Origin: Malacoraja senta
Taxonomy: Eukaryota
Assembly: GCA_038087875.1 (NCBI GenBank)
Contig: JAXLNO010004395.1
Span: 62,001-126,000, forward strand
Length of the DNA: 64,000 bases
Direction of reading: 5' to 3'
Of this stretch, positions 1 through 12,000 are shown piece after piece (the stretch's first letter is position 1; every line of letters starts with the position of its first letter). Position numbers and translations under genes: made by a program. Below the pieces are notes generated by a model. That model ran no database searches and was not told the DNA's origin. It worked only from the letters and a program-made list of their open reading frames with translations.

Positions 1-123
1 CGAGGGTTTCCTCGCTGAATGTGTATTGCGCGCTTTTTTAAACTCAGTCGCCTCCGGTCAAGATTGAGATAAAGCCAAGACGCTTTTAGCCAGTAGCGAA
101 TAAAATGAGAGTCATTAACTTAC

Positions 124-175
124 CTGCTTGAGCCCCTTGTACGCGGAAGAAACTCAACAAGATGAACAGAATCAT
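124..175 (-). CDS. Signal-peptide (leader) exon, probably exon 1 of an MHC class I-like gene continuing left of the window
   Basis: The minus strand reads ATG ATT CTG TTC ATC TTG TTG AGT TTC TTC CGC GTA CAA GGG GCT CAA GCA G|gtaagt = MILFILLSFFRVQGAQA(G). It has a hydrophobic core, an AxA cleavage motif, a canonical phase-1 donor and a CpG-rich context. Assignment to the MHC family is inferred from the same-strand class I exons in the window. Confidence 0.65.
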
Positions 176-248
176 TTCACGCACAACGTCTCGCATCAAC
201 AGCAGCAACTGAGCCAAACTTCACCAACATCAAAGCAGGATCTCATCA

Positions 249-292
249 TGCAATCAGAATAAAAATACCACGGGTCGTCACCAGTTGTCGAG
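249..292 (-). promoter_or_regulatory. Putative X1/X2 and Y-box (SXY-like) module upstream of the leader exon
   Basis: Minus strand CTCGACAACTGGTGACG (X1/X2-like), then CTGATTGCA (Y-box CTGATTGG with one mismatch) 21 nt after the 14-nt X1-like core and about 75 nt upstream of the ATG. The spacing resembles MHC SXY modules. Confidence 0.4.
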
Positions 293-757
293 CGATGTCA
301 TTGAACCAGCAGGAAACAATTGACTGTAATGGAGACATGAGGAGGTGCTGATGCCGATTTACAACAACAATAGACCCAAAGTGCTGGTGTAACTCAGCAG
401 GTCAGGTCGCAACTCCGGAGGGCATAGATAGGTGACGATGGACACAAAGCGCTGGAGTAACTCAACAGGTCGAGCAGCATCTTTGGAGAAAAGGGATAGG
501 TGACTATTGTCAGTCTGAAGTAGGGTCCCAATCTGAAACAGCGCCTGTCAATGTCCTCCAGAGATGTTGCCTGACCTGCTGAGTTCAAGTCAAGTGAGTT
601 TATTGTCATGTGTCCCTGGTAGGACAATGAAATTCTTGCTTTGCTTGAGCACAACAGAACATAGTAGGCATTTACTACAAGGCATTCTATAAATATATAC
701 ACAATGGTCAATATACTGATAAAGTGCAAATAACATATTGGCTAGTAAAGTTCAGTG

Positions 758-2425
758 TTATGTCCGAGCCAGGTTTAATAGCCTGATGGCTGTGGGGAAG
801 TAGCTGTTCCTGAACCTGGTCGTTGCAGTCTTCAGGCTCCTGTACCTTCTACCTGAAGGTAGTAGGGAGATGAGTGTGTGGCCAGGATGGTGTGGGTCCT
901 TGATGATGGTGCCAGCCTTTTTGAGGCAGCGACTGTGGTAGATCCCCTCGATGGAAGGGAGGTCAGAGCCGATGATGGACTGGGCAGTGTTTACTACTTT
1001 TTGTAGTCTTTTCCTCTCCAGGGCACTCAAGTTGCCGAACCAAGCCACGATGCAACCGGTCAGCATGCTCTCTACTGTGCACCTGTAGAAGTTAGAGAGA
1101 GTCCTCCTTGACAAACCGACTCTCCGTAATCTTCTCAGGAAGTAGAGGCGCTGATGTGCTTTCTTAATAATGGCATCATTGTTCTCGGACCAGGAAAGAT
1201 CTTCAGAGATGTGCACGCCCAGGAATTTGAAGCTCTTGACCCTTTCAACCATCGACCCGTTGATATAAACGGGACTGTGGGTCCCCATCCTACTCCTTCC
1301 AAAGTCCACAATCAGTTCCTTGGTTTTGCTGGTGTTGAGGGCCAGGTTATTGTGCTGGCACCATATGGACAGTTGCTCGATCTCTCTTCTATACTCTGAC
1401 TCATCCCCATCAGTGATACGTCCCACAACAGTGGTGTCATCAGCGAACTTGATGATGGAGTTCGCACTATGTCCGGCTACGCAGTCATGAGTATAGAGTG
1501 AGTACAGCAGGGGACTGAGCACGCAGCCTTGAGGTGCTCCCGTGCTAATTGTTATCGAGTCTGACAGATTTCCACCAATACGAACAGACTGTGGTCTGAG
1601 AGTGAGGAAGTCAAGGATCCAATTGCAGAGGGATGCGCAGAGACCCAGTTCTGCGAGTTTGGTAACCAGCTTGGAGGGGATGATTGTGTTAAATGCCGAG
1701 CTGTAATCGATGAATAACAGCCTGACATATGAGTTTTTGTTGTCCAAGTGGTCCAGAGCGGAGTGGAGGGCCAGCGAGATCACATCCACCGTTGATCTGT
1801 TGTGGCGGTAAGCGAGCTGCAGTGGGTCCAGGTTTTTGTCGAGGTAGGAGTTGATCTGCGTCATGATCAACCTCTCAAAGCACTTCATCACCACAGGCGT
1901 TAGTGCCACAGGTCGATAGTCATTGAGGCACGTTACCTTACTCTTCTTGGGCACTGGTATAATTGATGCCCTTTTGAAGCAGGTGGGGACCTCAGACCTC
2001 AGAAGTGAGAGGTTGAAAATGTCTGTAAAAACTCCAGCCAGTTGGTCCGCACAGGTTTTTAGAATGCGACCAGGTATACCATCAGGTCCAGGCGCTTTTC
2101 GAGGGTTCACCCCTCGGAAGGATTTCCTGACGTCGGCCTCTGTGACTGAGACTGAAATACCATCACAGCGAATGGGGGCTCGGCAAGGCACATCGGTGTT
2201 CTCCCTATCAAAGCGTGCGTAAAACGCATTGAGCTCATCAGGGAGTGATGTTTCGCCGACATTCGAGCTGCCTCCTGATTTCGCCTTGTAAGAGGTGATT
2301 GCATTCAGGCCCTGCCACAGCCGGCGAACATCAGTCTCTTCCTCCAGTTTGGAGCAGGTCCCTTTTGGCCTTTTTGATGGCCTTACCAAGGTCGTATCTG
2401 GACTCCTTGTAGGCCACTGTATCAT
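758..2425 (-). pseudogene. Reverse transcriptase part of the Rex1/Babar ORF
   Basis: 555-aa ORF in the track with RT motifs; separated from the APE ORF by frameshifts near 2400-2680. Confidence 0.9.
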
Positions 2426-2544
2426 CAGACATGAATGCCCGGTGTCTGGACTTCAGAAGAGTGCGGATCTCAAAGTTCATCCAAGGTTTCTGATTGGGAA
2501 ACGCTCGGAAGGTTTTGGTGGGGATGCAGTCCTCCACACACTTC

Positions 2545-3267
2545 TTAATGAAGTCTGTAACGACTGTGGCATATTCGTTCAAGTCCGTTGCCGAGTCCTT
2601 GAACATTGCCCAGTCTACAGACTCCAAACAGTCCTGTAGTAGTTCCTCTGCTCCCCCCGACCAGCTCTGTACTGTCTTCACCTCTGGGGGTTGCGCTCTT
2701 TAATTGCTGCCTGTAGGCAGGAAGAAGCAGCACCGCGGTATGGTCAGATTTACCGAAGTGAGGGCGAGGGATAAAGCGATAGGCATTCTTGATGGTGGTG
2801 TAGCAGTGGTCGAGGGTGTTTGATCCTCTGGTGCAGCAGGAGACATGTTGGTGGAAGTTAGGGAGTGATTTCTTTAGGTTTGCCTTATTGAAGTCCCCGG
2901 CTATGGTGGTAAACGCCTCGGGGTAAGACGTCTGGTGTTTGTTTACCACGGCGTGCAGCTCCCCCAGTGCCAGACGGAGGTCTGCCTGGGGTGGGATGTA
3001 GACCGCGGTCAGGATGATGGAGGTGAATTCCCTCGGAAGGTAGAAGGGACGACACTTCACTGCCAGATGTTCGAGGTGTGGAGAGCAGGAGTTGGACAGG
3101 ACTGCCACGTCTGAGCACCACGCAGAGTTGACCATGAGGCAGACGCCCCCTCCTCTCCCTTTCCCAGATGCCAGTGTACGGTCCATACGATGGATGGAGA
3201 ACCCTTCAGGCTGGACCGCTGAATCTGGGGAGCTGGGGGTGAGCCATGTCTCTGTGAAACAGAACAC
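2545..3267 (-). pseudogene. APE endonuclease part of the Rex1/Babar ORF
   Basis: FCFTETWL, VYIPP, AGDFN, TLDHCY and KSDH motifs. Confidence 0.9.
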
Positions 3268-4974
3268 AGAGCATTCCCTCAGCTCCCTTTGATAAAGCAG
3301 TCTTGCCTTAAGTCCTCCACTTTATACGTTGGCCAGTAGGATAGTAGGGAGAGGGGGCCGAAGTCCCCTGCGCTTCAGTCTGACCTGAAGTCCTGCCCGT
3401 CGGCCACGTTTCCGGACACAATGGAGGCTTCCCCTTTGTTTCCAGGTGCTGAGTCTACTGTACCTGCTGTTTCTGCGGACCTGCGCTGGAACGGGGATTC
3501 CTTCACAGACGGCAGCTCCAGCTCCGTAACGAACGGGGGTACATTCAAAGTCGGCAGCTCCAGCTTCATTGTTCCTGGGAGATCCGGCCCGTCGGCTCTG
3601 GAGGTGATCCCGGGGTTTCCAGGTACAGTACCTGGGATCCTCAGTCGGGTCGGGAGTTCCACAGCCAGCGTGGGAAAATTTAAAGTCCGGGGCTCCCGCA
3701 GCTGTGGGAGATCGCGAAATTGCCAGCGCTTTCAGCTGCCCAAGCAGCTTGTCTGAAACGGCACCGATTACTGCCGTTTCCCTGATGCAGGTAAGTTGAT
3801 AGAAGTTGTAGGTGAACCTTTTCTGTTCTGGTGCTCCGCAAAAGTCGCCGCAGGCAGGCACCATCTTGGTTACTCCAGCACTTTGGTTTTATCGCACTCT
3901 ATAGCAAATGGAATGGAAAGGCAGGGCGTAGTTGCCTGGAACTGTAATTACGTTTCAGATAACGCTCCATTCTTATGCTGCTAACTGCTTCTTATGTTAT
4001 GATTCAGGAGACCCATCAATCCAATGCCTATCCTGACTTGAATCATTACAATGCAGAACAAAAAGGAGGAAACCAAACACTGGTAGAGCTGCTGCCTCAC
4101 AGCACCAGAGACCAGCGTTAGATCCTGACCTCTGGTATTGTCTGTGTAGATTTTCTTTAAGAAAGAACTGCAGATGCTGTAAAAATCGAAGGTAGACAAA
4201 AATGCTGGAGAAACTCAGCGGGTGAGGCAGCATCTATGGAGCAAAGGAATAGGCGACGTTTCCGGTCGAAACCCTCCAAGAAGGGTCTTGACCCAAAACT
4301 ATTCCTTCGCTCCATAGATGCTGCCTCACCCCCTGAGTTTCTCCAGCATTTTTGTCTAGCTACTGTATAGATTTTGTTCCTTCTTCCTGTGACCACCTGG
4401 GTTCTTCCCGGGTGCTCTGGTTTTCTCCCACATTCCACAGGTATGTGGGTTTGTCAGTTAATTGACATCTGTAAATTTCCCCTAGCGTGTGTGGGGATTG
4501 GACAAAAAAGTGGGATAACATTGAACTAGTGTGAAGGGGTGACCGGTGGTCAGCATGGTGGGCTGAAGGGCCTGTTTCCATGTTGTATCTTTCAACTCAA
4601 AATGGAATTCTGTAAAACAGTTATATTGGAAGCTAGTTTGGACATTGAAACTGTGCAGCAAATGGTGGTGGATATAGACGGCGATGGTGTCTACAAATTT
4701 ATCAAGGATCTATCTATCAGATATGGGGAGAACTTACACAATAGCATTGGTATTGGTTTATTATTGTCACTTGTATTGTGATATAGTGAAAAGCTTTTAT
4801 TTGCATCCTAATCAAACCAGATCAGGAATGACTGAGGGATTGTATTGAACGGCAGGGCAGGCTTGTGGGCCTGTTTCAATGCAATAAACTCCATATTAAT
4901 GTACCATATAAAGAATGCAGGTGCTTGTATGGTTGGTGATGAGCCCAAAATGTTGCTTTTGTAATTCAAGATAT

Positions 4975-5280
4975 CCTCAGTGTTGCAACGGTAGAGTTGC
5001 TGCCTATAGCAGCAGAGACTCAGGTCGATTTTGACTAACGGTGCTGTCTGTACGGTGTTTGTACATTCTCCCTGCATCTCCATGCGTGACTGCATTGTTT
5101 TTCTCTGGGTGCTCCAGTTTCCTCCCACATCTCAAAGAAGTACAGGTTTTTAGGTTAACTTGCTTTGGTAAAATTGTAAATTGTCACCTGTCGTGGTATA
5201 GTACTATTGTACGGGGAGTTAGCGAGGACTCGGTGGGCCGAAGGGCCTGCTTCCGTGATGTACCTCTGAAGTCTAAAGTC
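4975..5280 (+). mobile_element. HE1-like V-SINE (tRNA-derived head, CR1-like tail)
   Basis: GCAACGGTAGAGTTGCTGCC head, V-domain TGGGTGCTCCAGTTTCCTCCCACA, tail GGGCCGAAGGGCCTG...CTAAAG. Confidence 0.75.
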
Positions 5281-6146
5281 AAAATGTTAATTTCTATTCA
5301 TTTAAATTTCAGCTCTTAACCAAAATCATTTCAATCAACCCAAAGATGTCTGTGTTACTCCCTCACTACACCAGATTTAAGTCTGCATTTTAAAAAATGC
5401 TTTTAATTTTGCTCGGATAGTGCTGAACTAATTTGCTTGTGTTACTGGAGTTATAACTCACAGCAGTGACCACAGTAAGCAAGAGACATCAAATACATGA
5501 ACACAAGAAAGGAGAAGCAGGAATAGGCCCACAAGCCACTGGCAGAATTAGTCCAAACCAATGTTTTAGTCCATATTACTCAACCACTGATAGAGGCCAC
5601 ATTATTCTGCTCCCTTCTCCCTAAAGTTTAGTTTATTATTGTAATGTGTACAAAAATACGGTGAAATACCATGTTTTGCATGCTATCCAGTCATAATACA
5701 CCATACGTGAGTGCAATCATAAACAAGTAAGAGTGCAATGATTGTAGTGGGTAATTGTAGAGATCACAAGAAAAATGAAGTAGTTGTTGGCCATGAGTAA
5801 AGTCTGTTCTGCAGCTCAATTAGGTCATGACTGATCTACTCATGACCAGAAGAGTCTGTAGCCAGTAACCCACAACTTCCCAAAGAAACAAATCCATCCT
5901 TCTCAGTAACGTAATGAATCTACACTCTGCAGTTGAAAATTCCCACCATTCGTTATCATCTGGGAGAAAAATAAAACAATTTTCTCCTCAGTTTTGCCTC
6001 CAAGGTCTAGTTTCCTCCATGAGGGGAACTATCAAGAACAGTCGGAAATAGAACAGTAGTAGGCTATCAGCCCCTGAGAATAGTCACCAAACTTGTCCCA
6101 CCATTCAATAAAATGATTACTGTTCAGTTGGCCTCAGCTCCTTAGA

Positions 6147-6670
6147 TTAGTTTGGTTTAGAGGTACAGCCTTGAAACAGGCCCTTAGGCCTACTGAGTCT
6201 GTGCTGACCAGTGACCCCCCCCCCCCCACACTAACACTATCCTACACACACTTGGGGCCAATTAACCTGCAAACCTGCATGTCTTTGGAGAGTGGGAGGC
6301 AGCTGGAACCCCCAGAGAAAACCCACACAGTCACGGGGAGAACGTTAAAAAATCTATACATACAGCACCCATGGTCAAGATCAAACCTGGGTCTCTGCAC
6401 TGTAGCAACCCTACCGCTGCTACTCCGTGCCACCTCTTTGCGTCACCGTGCTGCCTACACAGTTCTATCCTATACACATGGGACAATTTACAGATGCCAA
6501 TTAACTATAAACCTGCAGGTCTTTGGAACTGGGAGGAAACCGAAGCACCAGGGGAAACCCATGCAGTCACAGAGAGAACATACAAAGTTGGTACAGACAG
6601 CACCCTTAGTCAGGATCAAACCTGAGTCACAGGTACTGCAAGGAAGTAACTCCACTGCTGTGCCACTCTG
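6147..6670 (-). mobile_element. Two adjacent HE1-like SINE copies (one partial)
   Basis: Reverse complements of the same head, V-domain and tail motifs. Confidence 0.7.
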
Positions 6671-7559
6671 AGGCCCCTCTGATTGAAATATTGGTTGCAA
6701 GTTTCTAACTTTATTCATGAGGGTAATCGTCAACAACACAAGTAAAAATAGGCAGGAGTGGACTACTCCTCCTCTGTTCCATTACCCCCAAACCCTCAAT
6801 TGCCTGAATCTTTCAAAGCTTTCTCTATCTGTTCATAAGCATATCTAATGCCTTAGCCACCACCACCTCTGGGCACAGAATTCCAGCGATTCACACCCTT
6901 CTGAAAGAAGTAATTTTTATGTACCTCAGTTTTAAACAACTGGTCCCTTATTCTGTAGTTGTTTCCCATTGTTTTTAGACTTTCCCACCAGTGAAACATA
7001 TCAACATCTATCATGAAAAGCCCTTAATATATTGCATGTGTGAATAAGGTCACTCATCACTTTCTACACTCCAAGGAATGCAGACCTAAAGTGTTTACCG
7101 CTCTTGATGGGACAACCTTTTCATCTCTTGACTTAGTTTGGTGAATTTCACCTGGTCTGCATCCAATGCTCCTATACCCTTTTTAATGTTAAACTGTGTG
7201 CGGTTTTCCAGTTATTGACTCACTATCATCCTGCATAATTCCAATATACTTCCCTGTTCTTAAATTCCATCCCCTTTGCAGTAAAGACTGCATTTTTTCC
7301 ATTGGTTACTGGGCCTGCTACTAACTTAATTTGATGCATGCACTTGAATACCAAGATCCCATCTGAACTTCACTCAGTTACAGTCTCTCTCCATTTAGAC
7401 AAGAATCCACCATTTAAGGTTTAGCTTTAGGTTTGGTATTGTGATGTGTACCAAGGTACGGTGAAAAGCATTGTGTTTGCTGTTGTATACATAAATACTA
7501 TCAAGCCAAACGCAAGTACAATAGGCAGACTGAAGGATAAGATACAGAGTGAAGAATTT

Positions 7560-8150
7560 AGCTCTCAACATTATTGTACAACAGTTCCAGAGACAAAATC
7601 CAATGGCCATATTGAGGTAAAGGAGAATTGGGAATGGGTCCTAGCACATGGAACATTCAAAAGCCTGATAACAGAGTAGAGGAGCTGTTCCTGTGTCTGG
7701 TGCTCTACACCTTTAAGCTCTGCATCTTCTGCCTGATGGAAGTGGAGAAAAAAGGAATCACTAGTGTGAGAAAGGTCTTTGACAATGTTGTCTGTCTTCC
7801 TGAAGAGGCAGGAAGTGTAAATGGAGACAATGATGGGCAGTCTGGTCTGTGTGATGGACTGTGCTACATCCACACCTCTCTGCAATATCTTGTGGTCTTG
7901 GGCAAAGCTATTCTGAAAACAAGCTGTGATGTAACCTGATAGTATGCTTTCTATGGTGCATCTATGGAAGTTGGTAAGAGTCATTGGACACATACCAAAT
8001 TTCCTCAGTCGACTGAGGAAATGGAGGCCTTGGTGTGCCTTCTTGGCTGTCCCTTCAATGTGGTTGGTCCATCAAGGTTCGTTGGTAATATTTACACCAA
8101 AGAATTTGAAGCTCTCAACCATTTCTACTTTGGCACCATTGATACTGATT
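7560..8150 (-). mobile_element. Degenerate Rex1/Babar 3' fragment
   Basis: Translations INGAKVEMVESFKFFGVNIT and LTNFHRCTIESILSG match the C-terminus of the 758-2425 ORF. Confidence 0.75.
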
Positions 8151-8971
8151 GGGGCAAGCTGACTTGATTCCTCATGCCAAAGAGCATGACTCAAAACATC
8201 ACCAATTATACCTAGAGATGCTGCTTGTCCTGCTAAGTTACTCCAGCATTTTGTGTCTATCTTCAGTGTGAAGCAGCATTTGCAGTTCCTTCCTACACAA
8301 TTTGGCTTCTCCACTGAGAAATCTCCTCAAGGTATGCCTACTTTGAAGAAGTTCTCCTCCTCTCTCCAACGAGTTCTGCAGTCTGAAAATGGGTCTCGAC
8401 CTGAAACGTCACCCATTCCTTCTATCTAGAGATGCTGCCTGTCCCGCTGAGTTACTCCAGCATTTTGTGTCTATCTTCAGCATGACCTCACAGTTTCCCA
8501 CATTAAACACATTAGCCAGGTTTTGACTAATCACTCAAGCTATCTATATCCTGTTGTAGAATCATACTTTCCTCATTAAACCGTGCCATTTCATCTATTT
8601 TTGTATCATTGCCAAAACTGAGTCCTTGCATTGGTTCCTGCTCCAATTAGTTGAGGGGAGCCCTGATAGAAGTATGTAAAATTATGAAAGGCATGGATAG
8701 GTTTGGCTCCTGTCTGGCAGAAGGTGCAGAAGATTGAAGGCACGTACCACCAGCCTCAGCGACAGCTTCTTCCCCTCTGTTATCTGGCTTCTGAACAGTT
8801 TTTCTGTAGGTTATGGTAAGTATGATTTACCTCTATCCACCGAGATCATTGGTCTTTCTCACTGGAACTGATACGCTACAATGCTGAGATCGTTATTCTG
8901 CATGTATATTATTCCCCTTTTAATTGATTATATCTGTGTATGGTATATCCAATCTGTTTGGATAGCATGGC

Positions 8972-9995
8972 ATGCCTAGGTCCTTGGATGGAGTCAAGGG
9001 GGAGGTAAAGCGACAAGTGTAGCATTTCCTGCGGTGGCAAGGGAAAGTACCAGGGGAGGGAGTGGTTTGGGTGGGAAGGGACAAATTGACCAGGGAGTTA
9101 CAGAGGGTGCAGTCTCTGCAGAAAGCTGAAAGGGGAGAAGATGAGAAGATGTGGCCAGTGATGGGATCCCGTTGGAGGTGGCGAATATGTCGGAGGATTA
9201 TCTGTTGTATGTGACGGCTGGTAGGGTGGAAGGTGAGGACAAGGGGGACTTGTCACGAGTGGGGGGAATGGGGAGTGAGAGCGAAGCAACGAGATATAGA
9301 AGAGACCCTGGTGAGAGCCTCATCTATAGTCGAAGAGAAGAAGCCCCGTTCCCTAACCTTCCCCTCCCCTGGCACTTTCCCTTGCAACCGCAGGAAATGC
9401 TACACTTGTCGCTTTATCTCCCCCCATGACTCCATCCAAGGGCCTAAGCAGTCTTTCCAAGTGAGGCAGAGGTTCACCTGCCCCTCCTCCAACCTCATCT
9501 ATTGCATCCGCTGCTCTAGGTGTCAACTGCTCTACATCGGTGAGACCAAGCGCAGGCTTGGCGATCGCTTCACCCAACACCTCCACTCAGTCCACATTAA
9601 CCAACCTGATCTCCCAGTGGCTCAGCACTTCAACTCCCCCTCCCATTCAGAATCGGACCTTTCTGTCCTGGGTCTCCTCCACGCCAGAGTAAGACCCTCC
9701 GCAAATTGGAGGGGCAGAATATCATTTTTCGCTTGGGTAGTTTACACCCCAGCGGTATGAACATTGACCTCCATTTTCAGGTAGTCTTTGCTTTCTCCCT
9801 CCTTCCCCTTCCCTTCGAAGCTCTCCCACAGCCTACTATCTCCACCTCTTCCTTTCTTCTTCCCGCCCCCCACCCCCATATCAGTCTGAAGAAGGGTCTC
9901 GACCCAAAACGTCACCTATTCCTTTGCTCCATAGATGCTGCCTCACCGCTGAGTTTCTCCAGCATTTTTGTCCACCTTGGATTTTTCCAGCATCT
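8972..9995 (+). mobile_element. Penelope-like element 3' fragment (GIY-YIG) with an inverted 5' segment
   Basis: ORF 9233-9760 contains PCNRRKCYTC...NLIYCIRCSRCQLLYIGETKRRLGDRF..H (GIY-YIG endonuclease). 8972-9352 is the same family on the minus strand. The terminal repeat carries a hammerhead-like core at 9886-9913. Confidence 0.85.
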
Positions 9996-10419
9996 GCAGT
10001 TCTTTCTTAAACATGTACTTGTTCCTTGTACTTTTCCTGAGTGTATGGTGGGGGTAATATGGAGTGAGCTTTACCCAAAATCAAATGTGAGGTAAGAGTC
10101 GTTTAATTGTCATATGTATCAACAATAGAACAACAAAATTCTGACTTGCTGCAGCTTCACCTGCATGTAACTGCAATAACACAGAGATAATATAAAACAA
10201 TCAATATAACAATAAATTAATAACTGTAATACTGGACTATCATAATAGTGCAAAAAACAAAATTCATATTACATTCAAAGACAGTCCGTAGATGATCATA
10301 GATGCTGAAGTTAGTTTAGTGTGGTGTTGAAGAGCCTGATGATTGCTGAGAAGAGGCTGTTCTTGAATGTGGTTGTCACGGTTTTCAGGCTGCTGTATCT
10401 TTCCCTATATCTATACTTA

Positions 10420-10726
10420 GGGGCGGCAGGGTGGCGCAGCGGTAGAGTTTCTGCCTTATAGCAACAGACACCAGGGTTCGATCCTGACTATGGGTGCGGT
10501 CCACACGGAGTTTGTATGTTGGGTGAACGCATGGGTTTTCTCCGGGTCCTCCAGTTTCCTCCCACACTCCAAAGACGTACAGGTTTGTAGGTTAATTGGT
10601 TTGTAAATTGTAATTTGTACCTAGTGTGTGTAGGATAGTGCCAATGTAAAGGGATCATTGGTCTTCGCAAACTTGGTAGGCCGAAAGGCCTGTTTCCACG
10701 CTGTATCTCTAAACTAAACTAAACTA
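10420..10726 (+). mobile_element. HE1-like V-SINE
   Basis: GGGCGGCAGGGTGGCGCAGCGGTAGAG head, box-B-like GGGTTCGATCC, V-domain and (AAACT)n tail. Confidence 0.85.
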
Positions 10727-10771
10727 ATTCTGCCCTGAGAGTGTGTGCATGGACAACGCAGACACAGCTTA

Positions 10772-11088
10772 AAGGCCCTGTCCCACTGTACGAGCTAATT
10801 CAAGAGTTCTCCCGAGTTTCCCCTGATTCGAACTCGGAGAATTACGGTAATTGCCGCTCGTAGGTACTTGGGGCTCTCGTGGACTTTTTTCAACATGTTG
10901 AAAAATCTTCACGAGTCTTCACGAGCTTACCGCGTTTCCCAAGTACCTGCCGTTAGCGTTACGAGCCGCTAGGAGACTTCCCGAGCTCCGACGTACCCGC
11001 TACGTACATTCTACGTGCTTACCACGAGTTTAATTTTTTTTTAAACTGGGGAGAGCTCTTGAATTACCTCGTACAGTGGGATAGGCTT
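10772..11088. mobile_element. PIF/Harbinger-like MITE (~310 bp)
   Basis: Long TIRs AGGCCCTGTCCCACTGTACGAG..TAATTCAAGAG. Same family as 32029-32334, in the opposite orientation. Confidence 0.75.
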
Positions 11089-11332
11089 TCAATTTTCTTT
11101 TTAAAAGGCAGTACATTGAGGCAACTGGCAGAATTGGTGCCCCTCTGCTACAGCAACTTGGATTCAATCCTGATCTCGGGTGCAACGTGTATCATTTTCT
11201 TGTTCTCCCTATAACACGTGGATCTCCACCAAATGCTCCGTTCCTCCTATATCTCAAAGACATGCGAGTTGGTTGGTTAATTGCATTTTGTAAATTGCCC
11301 AGTGTGTGATTGGATGACAGATGTTGTCTATG

Positions 11333-11640
11333 TTTAGTTTAGTTTAGAGATACAGTGAGGAAACAGACCCTACAGCCCACTGGGCCTACACAGACCAGCG
11401 ATCCCTGCATTTTAACGCTACCCTACACACACTAGGGGTAATTTTACCTTTTATACCAAGCCAATTAATGTACAAACCTGTACGTCTTTGAAGTGTGGGA
11501 GGAAACCGAAGATCTTGGAGAAAACCTACGCAGGTCACGGGGAGAACGTACAAACTCCATATAGAAAAGCACTTGTAATCAGGATTGAACCCAGGTCTCT
11601 GGCACTGTAAAGCAGTAGCCTTATGACTATGCCACCATGC
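11333..11640 (-). mobile_element. HE1-like V-SINE
   Basis: Reverse-complement copy with an (AAACT)n tail. Confidence 0.8.
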
Positions 11641-11889
11641 CATCCTTCAGCAAGGTCCCACATGGGTGGCTGGTCCATTAGGTTGGAAAACAAGGGATCC
11701 AGGGTGAGCTAGTCAATTGGACACAAAGTTGGCTTGGTGGTAGGAGTCAGAGAATGGTAGTGCAGGGTTGTTGTTTTTTACATAGGAAGCCTGTGACCAG
11801 TGGTATGCCTCAGGGACTGATGCTCTGATGTCATTCAGTCACACACAGTGCTCTCAGACTGATTAATGGTTTCAATTTGCAGAAATGAA

Positions 11890-12000
11890 AGAGATGAAGG
11901 AAAGAGAGATAGAGCTGAGGGATGAGAGATGGAGAGAGATAGGGAGATAGAGAGAGAGATGTAGAGAGATGGAGGGAGATAGGGAGATAGAGAGAGGGAT
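11890..12000. repeat. GA-rich compound microsatellite
   Basis: (GA)n / GAGATAGG units are directly visible. Confidence 0.9.

Larger units (their letters stand above)
586..3868 (-). mobile_element. Near full-length Rex1/Babar LINE (APE + RT, frameshifted)
   Basis: N-terminal RKRGRRAG...LLANV; APE motifs FTETW, YIPP, GDFN, LDH, SDH (2545-3267); RT with YRPVAL, QGCVLSP, FADD and a C-terminal QRLYFLRRL (758-2425); 3' AATAAA plus (CTTGA)-type tail near 586-605. Inserted inside a Penelope-type repeat with GTT at both junctions. Confidence 0.9.

Noticed and set aside
6171-6671. 166-aa ORF and similar short ORFs over SINE, CR1 and Penelope repeats
   Set aside because: Antisense or off-frame readings of repeats with no independent gene signals.
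10420-10500. tRNA-like sequence (also in other copies)
   Set aside because: These are SINE heads with A/B-box-like motifs continuing into the V-domain; there is no complete cloverleaf.
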